Part shown: in pieces, positions 33,415-45,687 of the stretch
How positions within the stretch are numbered: the stretch's first letter is position 1
How the letters are laid out: every line of letters starts with the position of its first letter
Origin: Mobula birostris
Taxonomy: Eukaryota
Assembly (NCBI RefSeq): GCF_030028105.1
Contig: NC_092379.1
Span: forward strand, 20,251,309-20,315,308
Direction: 5' to 3'
DNA: 64,000 nt
Made by a program: the position numbers and the translations under genes
Notes under the pieces: model-generated
Told to the model about the DNA's origin: nothing
What the model saw: only the letters and a program-made list of their open reading frames with translations
Database searches by the model: none

Positions 33415-35090
33415 CCTTTAAGGGATCATGATGGTCCTGTTAATTGATAATCATGTTTGGGTGCCAAGAACTGAGTATTTAAGGAACAGCTGAACAGAGG
33501 TTCGGTGTTCAATGGTAAGCTGACTTGTGCTATCATCCAACATTTGTTTTGTGCTCAGCTCTAATTTGATACCATGACTAGAACCTTGCTTCATTTACCT
33601 CGGTTCCTCTCAGAGTGAGGAAAAGTGGTCTTCATTATCTCTCCTGAACTGGAAAAGTCCTGGCCTCGGCCACTGCGCATTGGGAACATCGGTCTGAGAT
33701 CTGCTCGGATTCAGAGGAATTCATGGCTGCCATGAGGAAGGTGTTTAATCACCTCACTGGAGCCAGCTGAGACTCAGACCCGCTGATGAAGATTCAACAG
33801 AGGGGATGGTCCACGGCCGACAACGCAATCGAATCTTGGACCTTGGCCCAGAAGAGTGGTTGGAATGGGGAGGCCGTGGCCATGTTCCAAAACCATGGAT
33901 GAACTGAAGGATGGCTCGCCTTGGGAGAGCCAACTGAGATCTGAGAGGCTTTGAGTGACCAATCCATCTATCTCGATAATCGTCCGGCAGAGCAAAAGTG
34001 GGACCACTTCAAGAAATCAAAGTGAGCCAGTCTGAGCCCAGACCCTACACATCACAGTTCCACCCCACAACCTCGGACCATAACCAGCCCTTTGCCTGCT
34101 CAAGATCCAGTCGAACCCCTGCAGGTCGGTTGTGCTGGACTCTCTGCCGATGAAAGGTCCCGGCATCAGAGTCATTGTTGTGGTTTTACTGTGGGGAAGT
34201 ATGTCACTGATGGGCCGAAAGTCCCAGGCTGCAACCGTCGAGACTGCTAAGACCGTCCAGATTCAGGAGGACTGTGACGGTTGCAGTCACTACTCCCAAT
34301 ACAACTGACTCTGGGTTCATGCTGAAGGCGGAGTTCACCCGGGGTAAAAACTTAAGGCAGGTGAGAGCTGCCTGGACTCTGGGGCAGTGGGTTATTTTCT
34401 GGATTTAAGAACCACCCATCGGTTCAACATACCTCTGTAAGAGTTGAGCCAACACATACCCGCAACTGTCTTGGATATTCACCCACTAGGTTCCGGGAAG
34501 ATCCAGCAACAGACTGTGGATTTGCAGATGAGGATAGGGGATCATGCAGACATTAGTTTCTACATTATTGACTCTCCACTCATATCGCTGATCCTCCGGT
34601 ACCCTGGGCTGTCCCAGTGTAACCCATCCATGGACTGCAGGAAGGGCAGAATCATTGCTTGGTCCAGTCCTGATAAGAGGGTTTGTTTGCACTATGGTAT
34701 TCCGAGACCCAGACTCTCCTGTGACCAAGAACTAATAAGAGGGCAGCCTTCAGTGTTGAGGTAACCTGAGACCGTCTGGAGACCAAGTCCTGCCCTTAAG
34801 GACAAACAAAACCATTTTCAGTCAATAGGACTCTGCGAGTCCAAACACTTATCAAGTCGTGTCCTCTAGTTCAGGCGAGGACCAAGCAAATACCTGAACA
34901 GTCTGGGGAACTCGCAGCCAAGCTTATGGAATCCAGCTGCTAGGTCGAAAGGAAGGGTTAAGACTCCTTTACGCTGACCCTCGAAGTCTATTTTCAAGAG
35001 GGAAATAACCCTCTGTAATGCCTCGCCGCTGTTGCCTGAGGATTCAGATGGGGGTTTGAAGAGGAAGAAGTGTTCAAAAGGCAAGATGAC
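33415..35090 (+). mobile_element. Ty3/Gypsy LTR-retrotransposon remnant (gag-protease)
   Basis: Plus-strand gag-like WTLAQKSGWNGEA, degenerate zinc knuckle (FYCGEVCH) and aspartic protease LDSGAVGYFLD (from 34372) followed by HPLGSGKIQQQTVDLQMRIG...LILRYPGLSQCNPSMDC. Confidence 0.72.
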
Positions 35091-35735
35091 ACAACCATGG
35101 CGAACAAGGGAAGTCAAAGGCAACATAACAGCTAAAGAGAGGGCATATCATTGAGCTGGCATTTGTGGGAAGTTAGAGGATTGGGAAGCATTTAAAACCA
35201 ACAGAAGGCAACCACAAAAGTCAGTAAGAAGAATAAGATGGAATGGTAAAGTAAGCTACTCAATAATATTAAAGAGAACACCAAAAGTTGCTTCAGATAC
35301 ATAAAGTGTAAAAGAGAGGCGAGAGTGGATATCAGACCACTGGAAATCAATGCTGGAAAGGTAGTAATGGGGACAAGGAAATGGTGGATGAACTGAATAA
35401 GTATTTCGCTTCAGTCTTCACTAAGGAAGGCACTAGCAGTCAGGTAGAAGATCCAGGCATCAGGGTCATGAAGTGTGTGAGGCTAACATTACTACCAAGA
35501 AGATTTTTGAGAAATTGAAAGGTCTGAGGGTAGATAAGTCACCTGGACCTGATGGTGTACACACAAGGGTTCAGAAAGAGGTAGCTCAAGAGATTGTAGA
35601 GGCATTAGTCATGATTTTTCAAGAATCACTAGATTCTGGAATGGTTCTAGAATTCTGGAAAATTACAAATGTCATTCCACTCTTCAAGAAGGGAGAGAGA
35701 CAGAAGAATTAAAATTATAGGCCAGTTAGCCTGAC
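35090..35735 (+). mobile_element. CR1/HER1 ORF2 fragment
   Basis: KLKGLRVDKSPGPDGVHTRVQKE...NVIPLFKKG. Confidence 0.8.
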
Positions 35736-36139
35736 CTACGTGCTTGGAGGGAACATGCAGACCGCCAACCAATAGAGACAGGCGGTCTGCATGTTTCTCG
35801 AAACAGATGAAAAATGGGTGGGAGGACCAGCAGATCTCTTAACCAATGGCGGCAGGGATAGAAACACGTAGGTGGGAGGTCTGGTTTACTGTGCCTACCT
35901 GACTTTTTCCCTGGTGTTTCCCTTCTCTGTCTTCCCTCGGCAAACAGCCTGTGGTGGGAATGGCCTGTGTATGATTACATCCCAACACTCCCGCAAACAT
36001 CCTCTCCACATCAACCCCTTCGGGGCCTTTCAATTGTCCATCGGTTTCTGAGGTTTTTATGGCACTTGGCAAAAAGCCTTCAGGTGAATTACCAACACCT
36101 TCTGAAGTAGTGTGGGTCAGCAAATCATGACCCACATTT

Positions 36140-37414
36140 TTATATTTGACCCCATAATTTATTTGTATTAAATTTTATCAGACGTATGTTCTTAAGGAAC
36201 TGCATTATATATTTAAAGCAATAATCCTGCGACCCTTTCTGCAAAATGCTATTAATGTTAAATTTAATTTTATTTTGTGATAACTCTAAAATCAACCATC
36301 CCCGCTCTTGATTATATCCTGTTGATTACAATATCCACACCTCCCATTATTGTGTTCCTTCTTTAAAAACAGTCCTTTAACCCTGTGCCCAAACCTCAAT
36401 CTTGATGTTATCACCTCCTCCCCCTGCTCTCTCCTGCATTTCTCAACCATCTCACTGCTTTTTGGATATTATTTCAAGTCAAAATAAGGATTGTATTAGC
36501 TCACATACAACATCTGGTCTTTCTGCTGAATGTAAATATTTTAGACTCCTGATTCCTGTGCTTGAATCAGACAATATTACAACTCTCATCGGTCTCACTA
36601 CCAATCCTATCCCTCATCTACTATTGCCATTTTGAAGCATGTGTGGACATTTGTAAATATCCACAATAATTATTATTTACATAAGATTCCACTACACCAT
36701 TTAAGATCACTTCTCTATTTTTCTATCTCTTTCTGAATAATTCAGGATCCACTTCTGGTGCTTCACACAGTCATGGAGACAGCCCAGGAAAAGGCACTGT
36801 ATCACTCACTGCCTTTTTACTAACTCCTATTCTTTCTGCTTTTCCCTCAATAATCCATGCAAAACTTCTGATTTCCTTCTTTCCATTTCCCAGCATGGAT
36901 CTGGAAGCTGTTTACTTGGATGATTTTCTCCAGGCCCTTGTAGGTTCACCCAATATGTTACCACAAGCTGTGATCTTCTCAGTTCCAGAGTTGTCTCTCC
37001 CAACTCCACCTGCATTGCCACCACTGGTGTTGTCCTTTTGCCCCACTGATTAACCTTAATGCTTGACTTTGAATTATATCCAGTTTATTGATCACACAGT
37101 GTGATGCTGATCCATATACCATACTTCCATAGTCCAGAATTGATCTTATTAATCCTATATATATTGCTTTCAAGGATTTCCTATCAGCTTCCCTTTCCAT
37201 TCCTGTTAAACACCTCATAACATTTAGCACTTTCTTACTTTTAATACGTGTTGACCATGTGAGGCTTTTATCTCACCAACTTCCCACACGTTCTAATTCT
37301 ATACCAAAGGTTTAGTTTCAAGTGTTGTTCTGTCCTCCTCCTTTTGAAAAGCATTGTGTTGGATTTCTCTGCTGAAAATCTGAATTCCCATTTTCATGCC
37401 CAATCTTCCACCTT
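36140..37414 (-). mobile_element. Nimb/I-clade-like LINE, 3' portion
   Basis: Minus ORF IYIGLIRSILDYGSMVYGSAS...LDIIQSQALRLISGA is typical of I/Nimb-group RT C-termini. Confidence 0.65.
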
Positions 37415-40400
37415 AGCGGCTTAGGCGGAAACCGGTGAGGCGAAGAGGGTTTGGTATTCATTTTTTGTTGTTATTTGAGGAGAGGGGCAGTATGAGTGTG
37501 AGGGCAGCTTGTTGTTCTCGGTGCCAGATGTGGGAGGCCCTGGAATCTCCAAGCCTCCCGGACGTCCACATCTGTGCCAGGTGCGCCGAGATGCAGCTCC
37601 TAAGGGACCGCATTAGGGAACTGGAGCTGCAGCTCGATGACCTTCGTCTGTTCAGGGAGAGTGAGGAGGTGATAGAGAGGAGTTACAGGCAGGTGGTCAC
37701 ACCAGGGCCACAGGAGGCAGACAAGTGGGTCACGGTTAGGAGGGGGAAGGGGAAGAGTCAGGTAATAGAGAGTACCCCGGTGGCTGTGCCCCTGACAATA
37801 GGTACTCCTGTTTGAGTACTGTTGGGGAGGACAGCTTACCCGGGGGAAGCGACAGTGGCCGTGCCTCCGGCACAGAGTCCGGCCCTGTAGCTCAGAAGGG
37901 TAGGGAAAGGAAGAGGAGGGCAGTTGTAATAGGGGACTCGATAGTAAGGGGATCAGATGGGCGATTCTGTGGACGCAGTCCAGAGACCCTGATGGTAGTT
38001 TGCCTCCCTGGTGCCAGGGTCCAGAATATTTCTGATCGCATCCAACATATCCTGAAGTGAGAGGGTGAGGAGCCAGGGGTTGTGGTACATATAGGTACCA
38101 ATGACATAGGTAGGAAAAGGGAAGAGGTTCTGAAAGGAGAATAGGGAGTTAGGAAGGGAGTTGAGAAAAAGGACCGCAGAGGTAGTAATCTCGGGATTAC
38201 TGCCTGTGCCACGCGACACTGAGAGTAGGAATGCAATGTGGTGGAGGATAAATGCGTGGCTGAGGGATTGGAGCAGGGGGCAGGGATTCAAGTTTTTGGA
38301 TCATTGGGACCTCTTTTGGCGCAGGTGTGACCTGTACAAAAAGGACGGGTTACACTTGAATGCAAGGGGGACCAATATCCTGGCGGGGAGATTTGCGAGG
38401 GCTACTGAGGTGACGTTAAACTAGAATGGTTGGGGGGTGGGAATCAAATTAAAGAGACTAGGAGAGAGGAGGATAGTTCACAACAGGGGGATGAGAACAA
38501 GTGCAGAGAGTCAGAGGATTGTAAAATGAGGGTAGAAGTAAAAAGTAGTAAGGTGAAAAGTAAAAGTGGCAGGCCGGCAAATCCAGGGCAAAAATCAAAA
38601 AGGGCCACTTTTCAACATAATTGTATAAGGGCTAAGAGTGTTGTAAAAGCGAGCCTGAAGGCTTTGTGTATCAATGCAAGGAGCATTCGTAACAAGGTGG
38701 ATGAATTGAATGTGCAGATAGTTATTAATGAATATGATATAGTTGGGATCACAGAGACATGGCTCCAGGGTGACCAAGGATGGGAGCTCAACATTCAGGG
38801 ATATTCAATATTCAGGAGGGATAGACATGGAAGAAAAAGAGGTGGGGTGGCATTGCTGGTTAGAGAGGAGATTGATACAACAGAAAGGAAGGACATTAGC
38901 TGGGAGGATGTGGAATCAATATGGGTAGAGCTACATAACACTAAGGGGCAGAAAAGGCTAGTGGGAGTTGTGTACAGGCCACCTAACAGTCGTAGTGAGG
39001 TTTGGGATGGTATTAAACAGGAAATTAGAAATGCGTACAATAAAGGAACAGCAGTTATAATGGGTGACTTCAATCTACATATAGATTGGGTGAACCAAAT
39101 TGGTAAGGATGATGAGGAAGAGGATTTCTTGGAATGTATGCGGGATGGTTTTTTGGACCAACATGTCGAGTAACCAACCAGAGAGCAGGCTATTCTAGAC
39201 TGGGTATTGAGCAATGAGGAAGGGTTAATTAGCAATCTTGTGGTGAGAGACCCCTTGGGTAAGAGTGACCATAATATCGTGGAATTCTTTATTTAGATGG
39301 AGAGTGACATAGTTAATACAGAAACAAAGGTTCTGAACTTAAGTAGAGTAACTTTGAAGGTATGAGACGTGAATTAGCTAAGATAGACTGGCAAATGACA
39401 CTTAAAGGGTTGACGGTGGATATGCAATGGCAAGCATTTAAAGATCGCATGGATGAACTACAACAATTGTTCATCCCAGTTTGGCAAAAGAATAAATCAG
39501 GGAAGGTAGTGCACCCGTGGCTGACAAGGAAAATTAGGGATAGTATCAATTCCAAAGAAGAAACACACAAATTAGCCAGAAAAAGTGGCTCACCTGAGGA
39601 CTGGGAGAAATTCAGAGTCCAGCAGAGGTGGACAAAGGGTTTAATTAGGAAAGGGAAAAAAGATTATGAGAGAAAACTGGCAGGGAACATAAGAACTGAT
39701 TGTAAAAGCTTTTATAGATATGTGAAAAGAAAAAGATTGGTTAAGACAAATGTAGGTCCCCTACAGCCAGAAACAGGTGAATTGATTATGGAGAACAAGG
39801 AAATGGCAGACCAACTGAATAAGGAGGACATAAATAATCTTCCGGAAATAGTAGGGGACAGAGGGTCCAGTGAGATGGAGGAACAAAGGGAAATACATGT
39901 TAGTAGGGAAGAGGTGTTAGGTAAATTGAAGGGATTAAAGGCAGATAAATTCCCTGGGCCAGATGGTATGCATCCCAGAGTGCTTAAGGAAGTAGCCCAA
40001 GAAATAGTGGATGCATTAGTGATAATTTTTCAAAACTCTTTAGATTCTGGACTAGTTCCTGAGGATTGGAGGGTGGCTAATGTAACCCCACTTTTTAAAA
40101 AAAGGAGGGAGAGAGAAACCAGGGAATTATAGACCGGTTAGCCTAACATCAGTGGTGGGGAAAATGCTGGAGTCAGTTATCAAAGATGTGATAACAGCAC
40201 ATTTGGAAAGCGGTGAAATCATCGGACAAAGTCAGCATGGATTTGTGAAAGGAAAATCATGTCTGAGTAATCTGATGGAATTTTTTGAGGATGTAACTTG
40301 TTGAGTGGATAGGGGAGAACCAGTGGATGTGGTATATTTGGACTTCCAAAAGGCTTTTGACAAGGTCCCACACAGGAGATTAGTGTGCAAACTTAAAGCA

Positions 40401-41532
40401 CAGGATATTGGGGGTAGGGTATTGATGTGGATAGAGAATTGGATGGCAGACAGGAAGCAATGAGTGGGAATAAACAGGACCTTTTCAGAATGGCAGGCCG
40501 TGACTAGTGGGGTACCCCAAGGCTCAGTGCTGGGACCCCAGTTGTTTACAATATATATTAATAACTTGGATGAGGGAATGAAATGCAGCATCTCCAAGTT
40601 TGCAGATGACACGAAGCTGGGCGGCAGTGTTAGCTGTGAGGAGGATTCTAAGAGGATGCAGGGTGACTTGGATAGGTTAGGTGAGTGGGCAAATTCATGG
40701 CAGATGCAATTTAATGTGGATAAATGTGAGGTTATCCACTTTGGTGGCAAAAACAGGAAAACAGATTATTATTTGAATTTTGGCCGATTAGGAAAAGGGG
40801 AGGTGCAACGAGACCTGGGTGTCATTATACACCAGTTATTGAAAGTGGGCATGCAGGTACAGCAGGCGGTGAAAAAGGCGAATGGTAAGCTGGCATTCAT
40901 AGCAAGAGGATTCGAGTACAGGAGCAGGGAGGTACTACTGCAGTTGTACAAGGCCTTGGTGAGACCACACCTGGAGTATTGTGTGCAGTTCTGGTCCCCT
41001 AATCTGAGGAAAGACATCCTTGCCATAGAGGGAGTACAAAGAAGGTTCACCAGATTGATTCCTGGGATGGCAGGACTTTCATATGATGAAAGACTGGATC
41101 GACTAGGCTTATATTTTTTGGAATTTAGAAGATTGAGGGGGGATCTTATTGAAACGTATAAAATCCTAAAGGGATTGGACAGGCTAGATGCAGGAAGATT
41201 GTTCCCCATGTTGGGGAAGTCCAGAACGAGGGGTCACAGTTTGAGGATAAAGGGGAAGCCTTTTAGGACAGAGATTAGGAAAAACTTCCTCACACAGAGA
41301 GTGGTGAATCTGTGGAATTCTCTGCCACAGGAAACAGTTGAGGCCAGTTCATTGGCTATATTTAAGAGGGAGTTAGATATGGCCCTTGTGACTAAAGGGA
41401 TCAGGGGGTATGGAGGGAAGGCTGGTACAGGGTTCTGAGTTGGATGATCAGCCATGATCATACTGAATGGTGGTGCAGGTTCTTAGGGCCGAATGGTCTA
41501 CTCCTGACCCTATTTTCTATGTTTCTATGTTA
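37415..41532 (+). mobile_element. Young near-full-length CR1/HER1 LINE (ORF1 zinc finger/zipper plus GDSL esterase; ORF2 APE-RT), disrupted
   Basis: ORF1 CSRCQMW..CARC..LELQLDDL and VIGDSIVRG; ORF2 ITETWL, YRPP, PQGSVLGP and FADDTK. Tail TTCTATGTTTCTATGTT; flanking ACCTT repeat (37410-14 and 41533-37). Confidence 0.93.
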
Positions 41533-42290
41533 ACCTTTGTCTCTTAAAGTTTCCGTGTTATAAATTTCACATTCCCACCCCTTTTCCACATAGCTCCATC
41601 GTCCACACAATGAAATTCCAATACAACTATTTATATTAGAAAATATACCATTAATTATGATAGTAAATAGTAATGGACTAACAACACTCCTCTGAGGAGT
41701 TCTCTTTTCCATAACTGGTTTACTTGACTGATTTCCCTGGTCGCACCATGACAGGTCTACCAATTTAAAAATCCTTTATCCGATTCAGCATTCAACCTCA
41801 AATTCCTAATTCATATAACTTAAAATTAAACCTTCCCCATAGATAATTCTGGGTATCCAATGTCCCTGGTGACACCATTCATTCTTTTTATCATCTTCCA
41901 ATCACTGTCAATGGGTGTTTGTATTCCTCCGGAGTCACAAATCGTACTCCAATATTCCTCTTTCACCTTTCAAATTGTTTTTCTTTCTCTTGCTGCATAT
42001 GTTTATTCTCAATTACTTTTGGAAAATTGTGTGTCCTCTTTTCCATTCTAAAGGCTCTATTACGATGCCTAATTGTTTCCCCACAATCTTTTCTCCACCA
42101 CGGCACCATTTTCTTTTCAGCTCTATTCCATTTCCTTGGGATACTTATTGTTGTCACTGTCATTATCCCTTCTACAATCTTGCCACATAAAAGATCCACA
42201 TCCTGATTGATTTCTATATTTGTTATTCCTGATCACTCATTTCTTCAGACATTCTGCAATCAGCCTTTTCAAACAGCTGACATTCCAGTA
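41533..42290 (-). mobile_element. Nimb/I-clade-like LINE, upstream RT portion
   Basis: Minus ORF TPQRSVVSPLLFTIIINGIF; appears to continue the 36140-37414 fragment across the CR1 insertion. Confidence 0.6.
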
Positions 42291-42299
42291 TATTTTCAG

Positions 42300-42900
42300 A
42301 TATATCAGAATCAGGTTTAATATCACCGACATATGCCATGAAATTTGTTGTCTTTGTGGCTACAGTACAATGCAATGCATAATAAGAGAGTAAAAACCTG
42401 TGAATTATTGTGCGTGTGTGTATATATATGTAGGTATGTAATTAAATGAGCAGTACAAAAGTAGAAATAAAACAGTAGTGAGGTAGTGATCATGGGTTCA
42501 ATTTCCAATCAAAAATCAGATGGCAGAGGGAAAGAAGTCCCTGAATCGTTGAGTGTGAACTTTCTGGCTGCTGAACCTCCTTCCTGATGGTGGCAATGAG
42601 AACAAGGCATTACCTGAGTGATAGGGGTCCCGAATGATAGATGCTGCCTTTTTGAGGCATGACTCCTTGAAGATGTCCTGGGTACTACGGAGGCCAGTGC
42701 CCATGATGGAGCTGACTGAGTTTACAACTCTCTGCAGTTTATTTCTATCCCATGCAGTAGCCCCTCCCTCCTGCACCCCCATACCAGACCATGATGCAGC
42801 CAGTTAGAATGCTCTCCATGGTACATCTATCGAAATTTGTGATTGTTTCAGGTGACATACCAAATCTCCTCAAGCTCCTAATGGAATATAGCAGCTGTTG
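42300..42900 (-). mobile_element. Rex1-type LINE 3' fragment
   Basis: Minus ORF CLKKAASIIRDPYHSGNALFSLPPSGRR...FFPSAI plus terminal tail. Confidence 0.75.
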
Positions 42901-44766
42901 TGCCTTCTTTGAAGTTGCATCGATATGTTAGATCTTCTGGCTCTTCATAAGCAAAAGGTGGAAGAATATGAATGTGAATTTGGGGCAAAAATTGTGAACT
43001 TAAACAAGGAAATCAAGCAAGAGTTGTATTGAGAGAACAACAGGCTATTGGAAAAATAGGATGATTTGACAGATGAATGCATAGCTGAGGAACTGATGCA
43101 GGGGCAGGGGTTTAGATTTCTGCAACACTGGGATCCCTTCTGGGGAAGTTACAACTGATACAAAAGGGATGGGTTGCGTGTGAATCCAAAGGGGATAAAT
43201 ATCTTTGTGGGCAGGTTTGCTTGTGCTGTTCAGAAGGATTTGAACCAATTTGACAGGAGATGGGAAATTGACTGATAGGGCTGAGGATCTAGTTGTTAGT
43301 TTACAAACAGAGGCAGTGTGTAGTGAGACTGCTAGCAAGCAGAGGCTGATGGTAGGCCAAAATTGCAGTCAATGGGATGAGTTGAAATTTAAAAGGAGGA
43401 CAAAATCAAAAAAGGGTGATGAACACAGGACTGAAGGTGTTATAATTGCATGCACACAGTATACAGAATAAGCTAGATGAACTTGAAACACAGCAACAGA
43501 TTGACACGTATGACATTGTGGGCATCAGTGAATCATGGCTGACAGAAGATTATAGATGTGAGCTTAATGTCCAAGGATACACATTGTTTTGAAAGGACAG
43601 GCAGGTAGGCAGTGAGCATGGTGTGGCTCTCAGAAAGTGTCCAATCATTCTGGGTAGAGCTAATAATCTGCAAAGGTGAATGACCCTGCTGGGAGTTATA
43701 TACAGACCTGTGAACAGAATAGCAAAGATTTGGTCTACAAATTACAATGGGAGATAGAAAATGCATGTCAAAAGTGCAATGTTAAAACTGTCTTCAGGAA
43801 TTTCAATATGCAGGAAGATTGGGATGGGTTGCACCTGAACTGGCGGGGGGGCAATATCCTGGCTTCAGGGTTTGTTGATGCTACTTGGGAGAGTTTAAAG
43901 TGGTTTTTCAGGGGGCTGAGAACCAGAGCCCCAGGTCAGTAGGGGATGGATCTGACCAAAAGTTAGATGTCAGGCATAGTATTGAAAGGCAAAATTTAAA
44001 TAACAGGTAGAATGGGTCAGATAGCTTGAAGTGTATATATTTTAATGCTGGGATTATTATGGGTAAGGATGATGAAATTCGAGCATGGATCAGTACATGG
44101 AACTACGATGTCGTAGACATTACTGAAACTTGGTTGAGAGAGCGGCAGGAATGAGTGATTAATGTGCCAGGTTTCTGGAGTTTTAGAAAAGATAGAGGAG
44201 TAGGTAAGGGGGTGGGCAGTTGCAGTCCTGATCAGGGACAATATCACAGCTGCATTCAGAGGAGACATAATGGAGGGGTCAGAAACTGAGTCGATTTGGG
44301 TGAAACTCAGGGTTAGACAGGGTGCAATCACACTGATGGGATTGTACTATAGACCCCCTAATAGCCACTGGGACATTGAGGAACAGATACGTAATCAGAT
44401 TAAAGAAAAGTGTTAAAATAATAGGGTTGGTGTCTTGGGGGATTTCAACTTTCCGAATATAAACTGGGAAGGCTTCTTAATGTAAGGGGTTCAGATGGGT
44501 TTGAATTTGTTAAGTAGGTTTCTTAAATCAATATGTGCACGGTCCAATGAAAGGAGGGGCCATACTGTACGTGGTTTTGGGGAATGAGCCCGGCCAGGTG
44601 ACTGACCTTTCAGTGGGTGAACAGTTCGGGAATCGTGACCACAACTCGTTAACTTTCAGGATAGCTATCGACAAGGATAGATATGGTCCTTGTGGAAGAG
44701 ATTTAAATTGACATAGGGAAATTTACAAGGGCATTAGGTAGGAACTAAGAAGCGTTAATTGTGAAC

Positions 44767-44882
44767 AAACATCAAAGTTGCTGGTGAACGCAGCAGGCCA
44801 GGCAGCATCTCTAGGAAGAGGTACAGTCGACGTTTCGGGCCAAGACCCTTCGTCAGGACTAACTGACAGAGGAGCTAATTGG
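44767..44882 (-). mobile_element. Short Penelope-like pLTR insertion inside a CR1
   Basis: Reverse complement of the 11090-11190 motif; flanked by TTAATTG(T/G)GAACA repeats. Confidence 0.75.
44825..44860 (-). ncRNA. Minimal hammerhead ribozyme motif (canonical GUC site)
   Basis: Minus strand reads AGTC-CTGACGA-AGGGTCTTGGCCC-GAAAC-GTC-GACT. Confidence 0.7.
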
Positions 44883-45687
44883 CATTAATTGGGAACACCT
44901 TTTCTCTGGCAAGTCCACATTAGACAAAAGACCGTGAGACAGGAGCAGTATTAGGCCATTCAGCCCATCAAGGCTGCCCTGCCATTCCATCATGGCTCAT
45001 CCTGGATTCCACTCAACCCCATACAGCTGCCTTCTCACCATATCCTCAGATGCCCTGACTGATCAGGAAAATATCAACTTCTGCTTTAAAAATACCTACA
45101 GAATTGGCCTCCACTGCAGTCTGTGGCAGAGCATTCCACAGATTCACTATTCTCAGGCTAAAAAAAATCCTCCTTACCTCTGTTCTAAAAGATCACCCAT
45201 CAATTTTGAAACTGTGCCCTCTTGTTCTGCTTACTCCCTCCATAGGAAACATCCTCTCCACATCCACCCTATCTCATCCCATCAACCTTCGGTAGGTTTC
45301 AATGGGATCTGTCCGCATTCTTCTAAGTTCCAGCGAGTACAGGCCCAAAGCTGCCAAACGCTCCTCATATGTTAACCCTTTCATTTCTAGAATCATCCTT
45401 GTGACTCTCTCCAATGAAAACACACCAGGACTGTTGACAATACTCCAAGTGTGGCCAGATTAGTGCCTTATAAAGCCTCAGCATTATCTCCTTGCTTTTA
45501 TATTCTATTCCGCTTGAAATAAATGCTAATATTGCATTTGCCTTCTCTACCACAGACTCAACCAGTGAATTAACCTTCTGGGAGCCTTACACGAGGACTC
45601 CTAAGTCCCTTTGCACCTCTGTTGTTTGAACTTTTTCCCCATTTAGATAATAGTTCGCACTATTGTTCCATTGTTCCATATCCGTTA

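Larger units (their letters stand above)
42930..45670. mobile_element. Degraded CR1/HER1 mosaic
   Basis: Esterase end (HWDPFWG, GLHLN), EN motifs and a minus-strand RT 3' end. Confidence 0.75.

Noticed and set aside
33700-34760. Endogenous viral envelope or fusion gene on the minus strand
   Set aside because: Minus frames are full of stops, and the plus strand is explained by Gypsy gag, zinc-knuckle and protease motifs.
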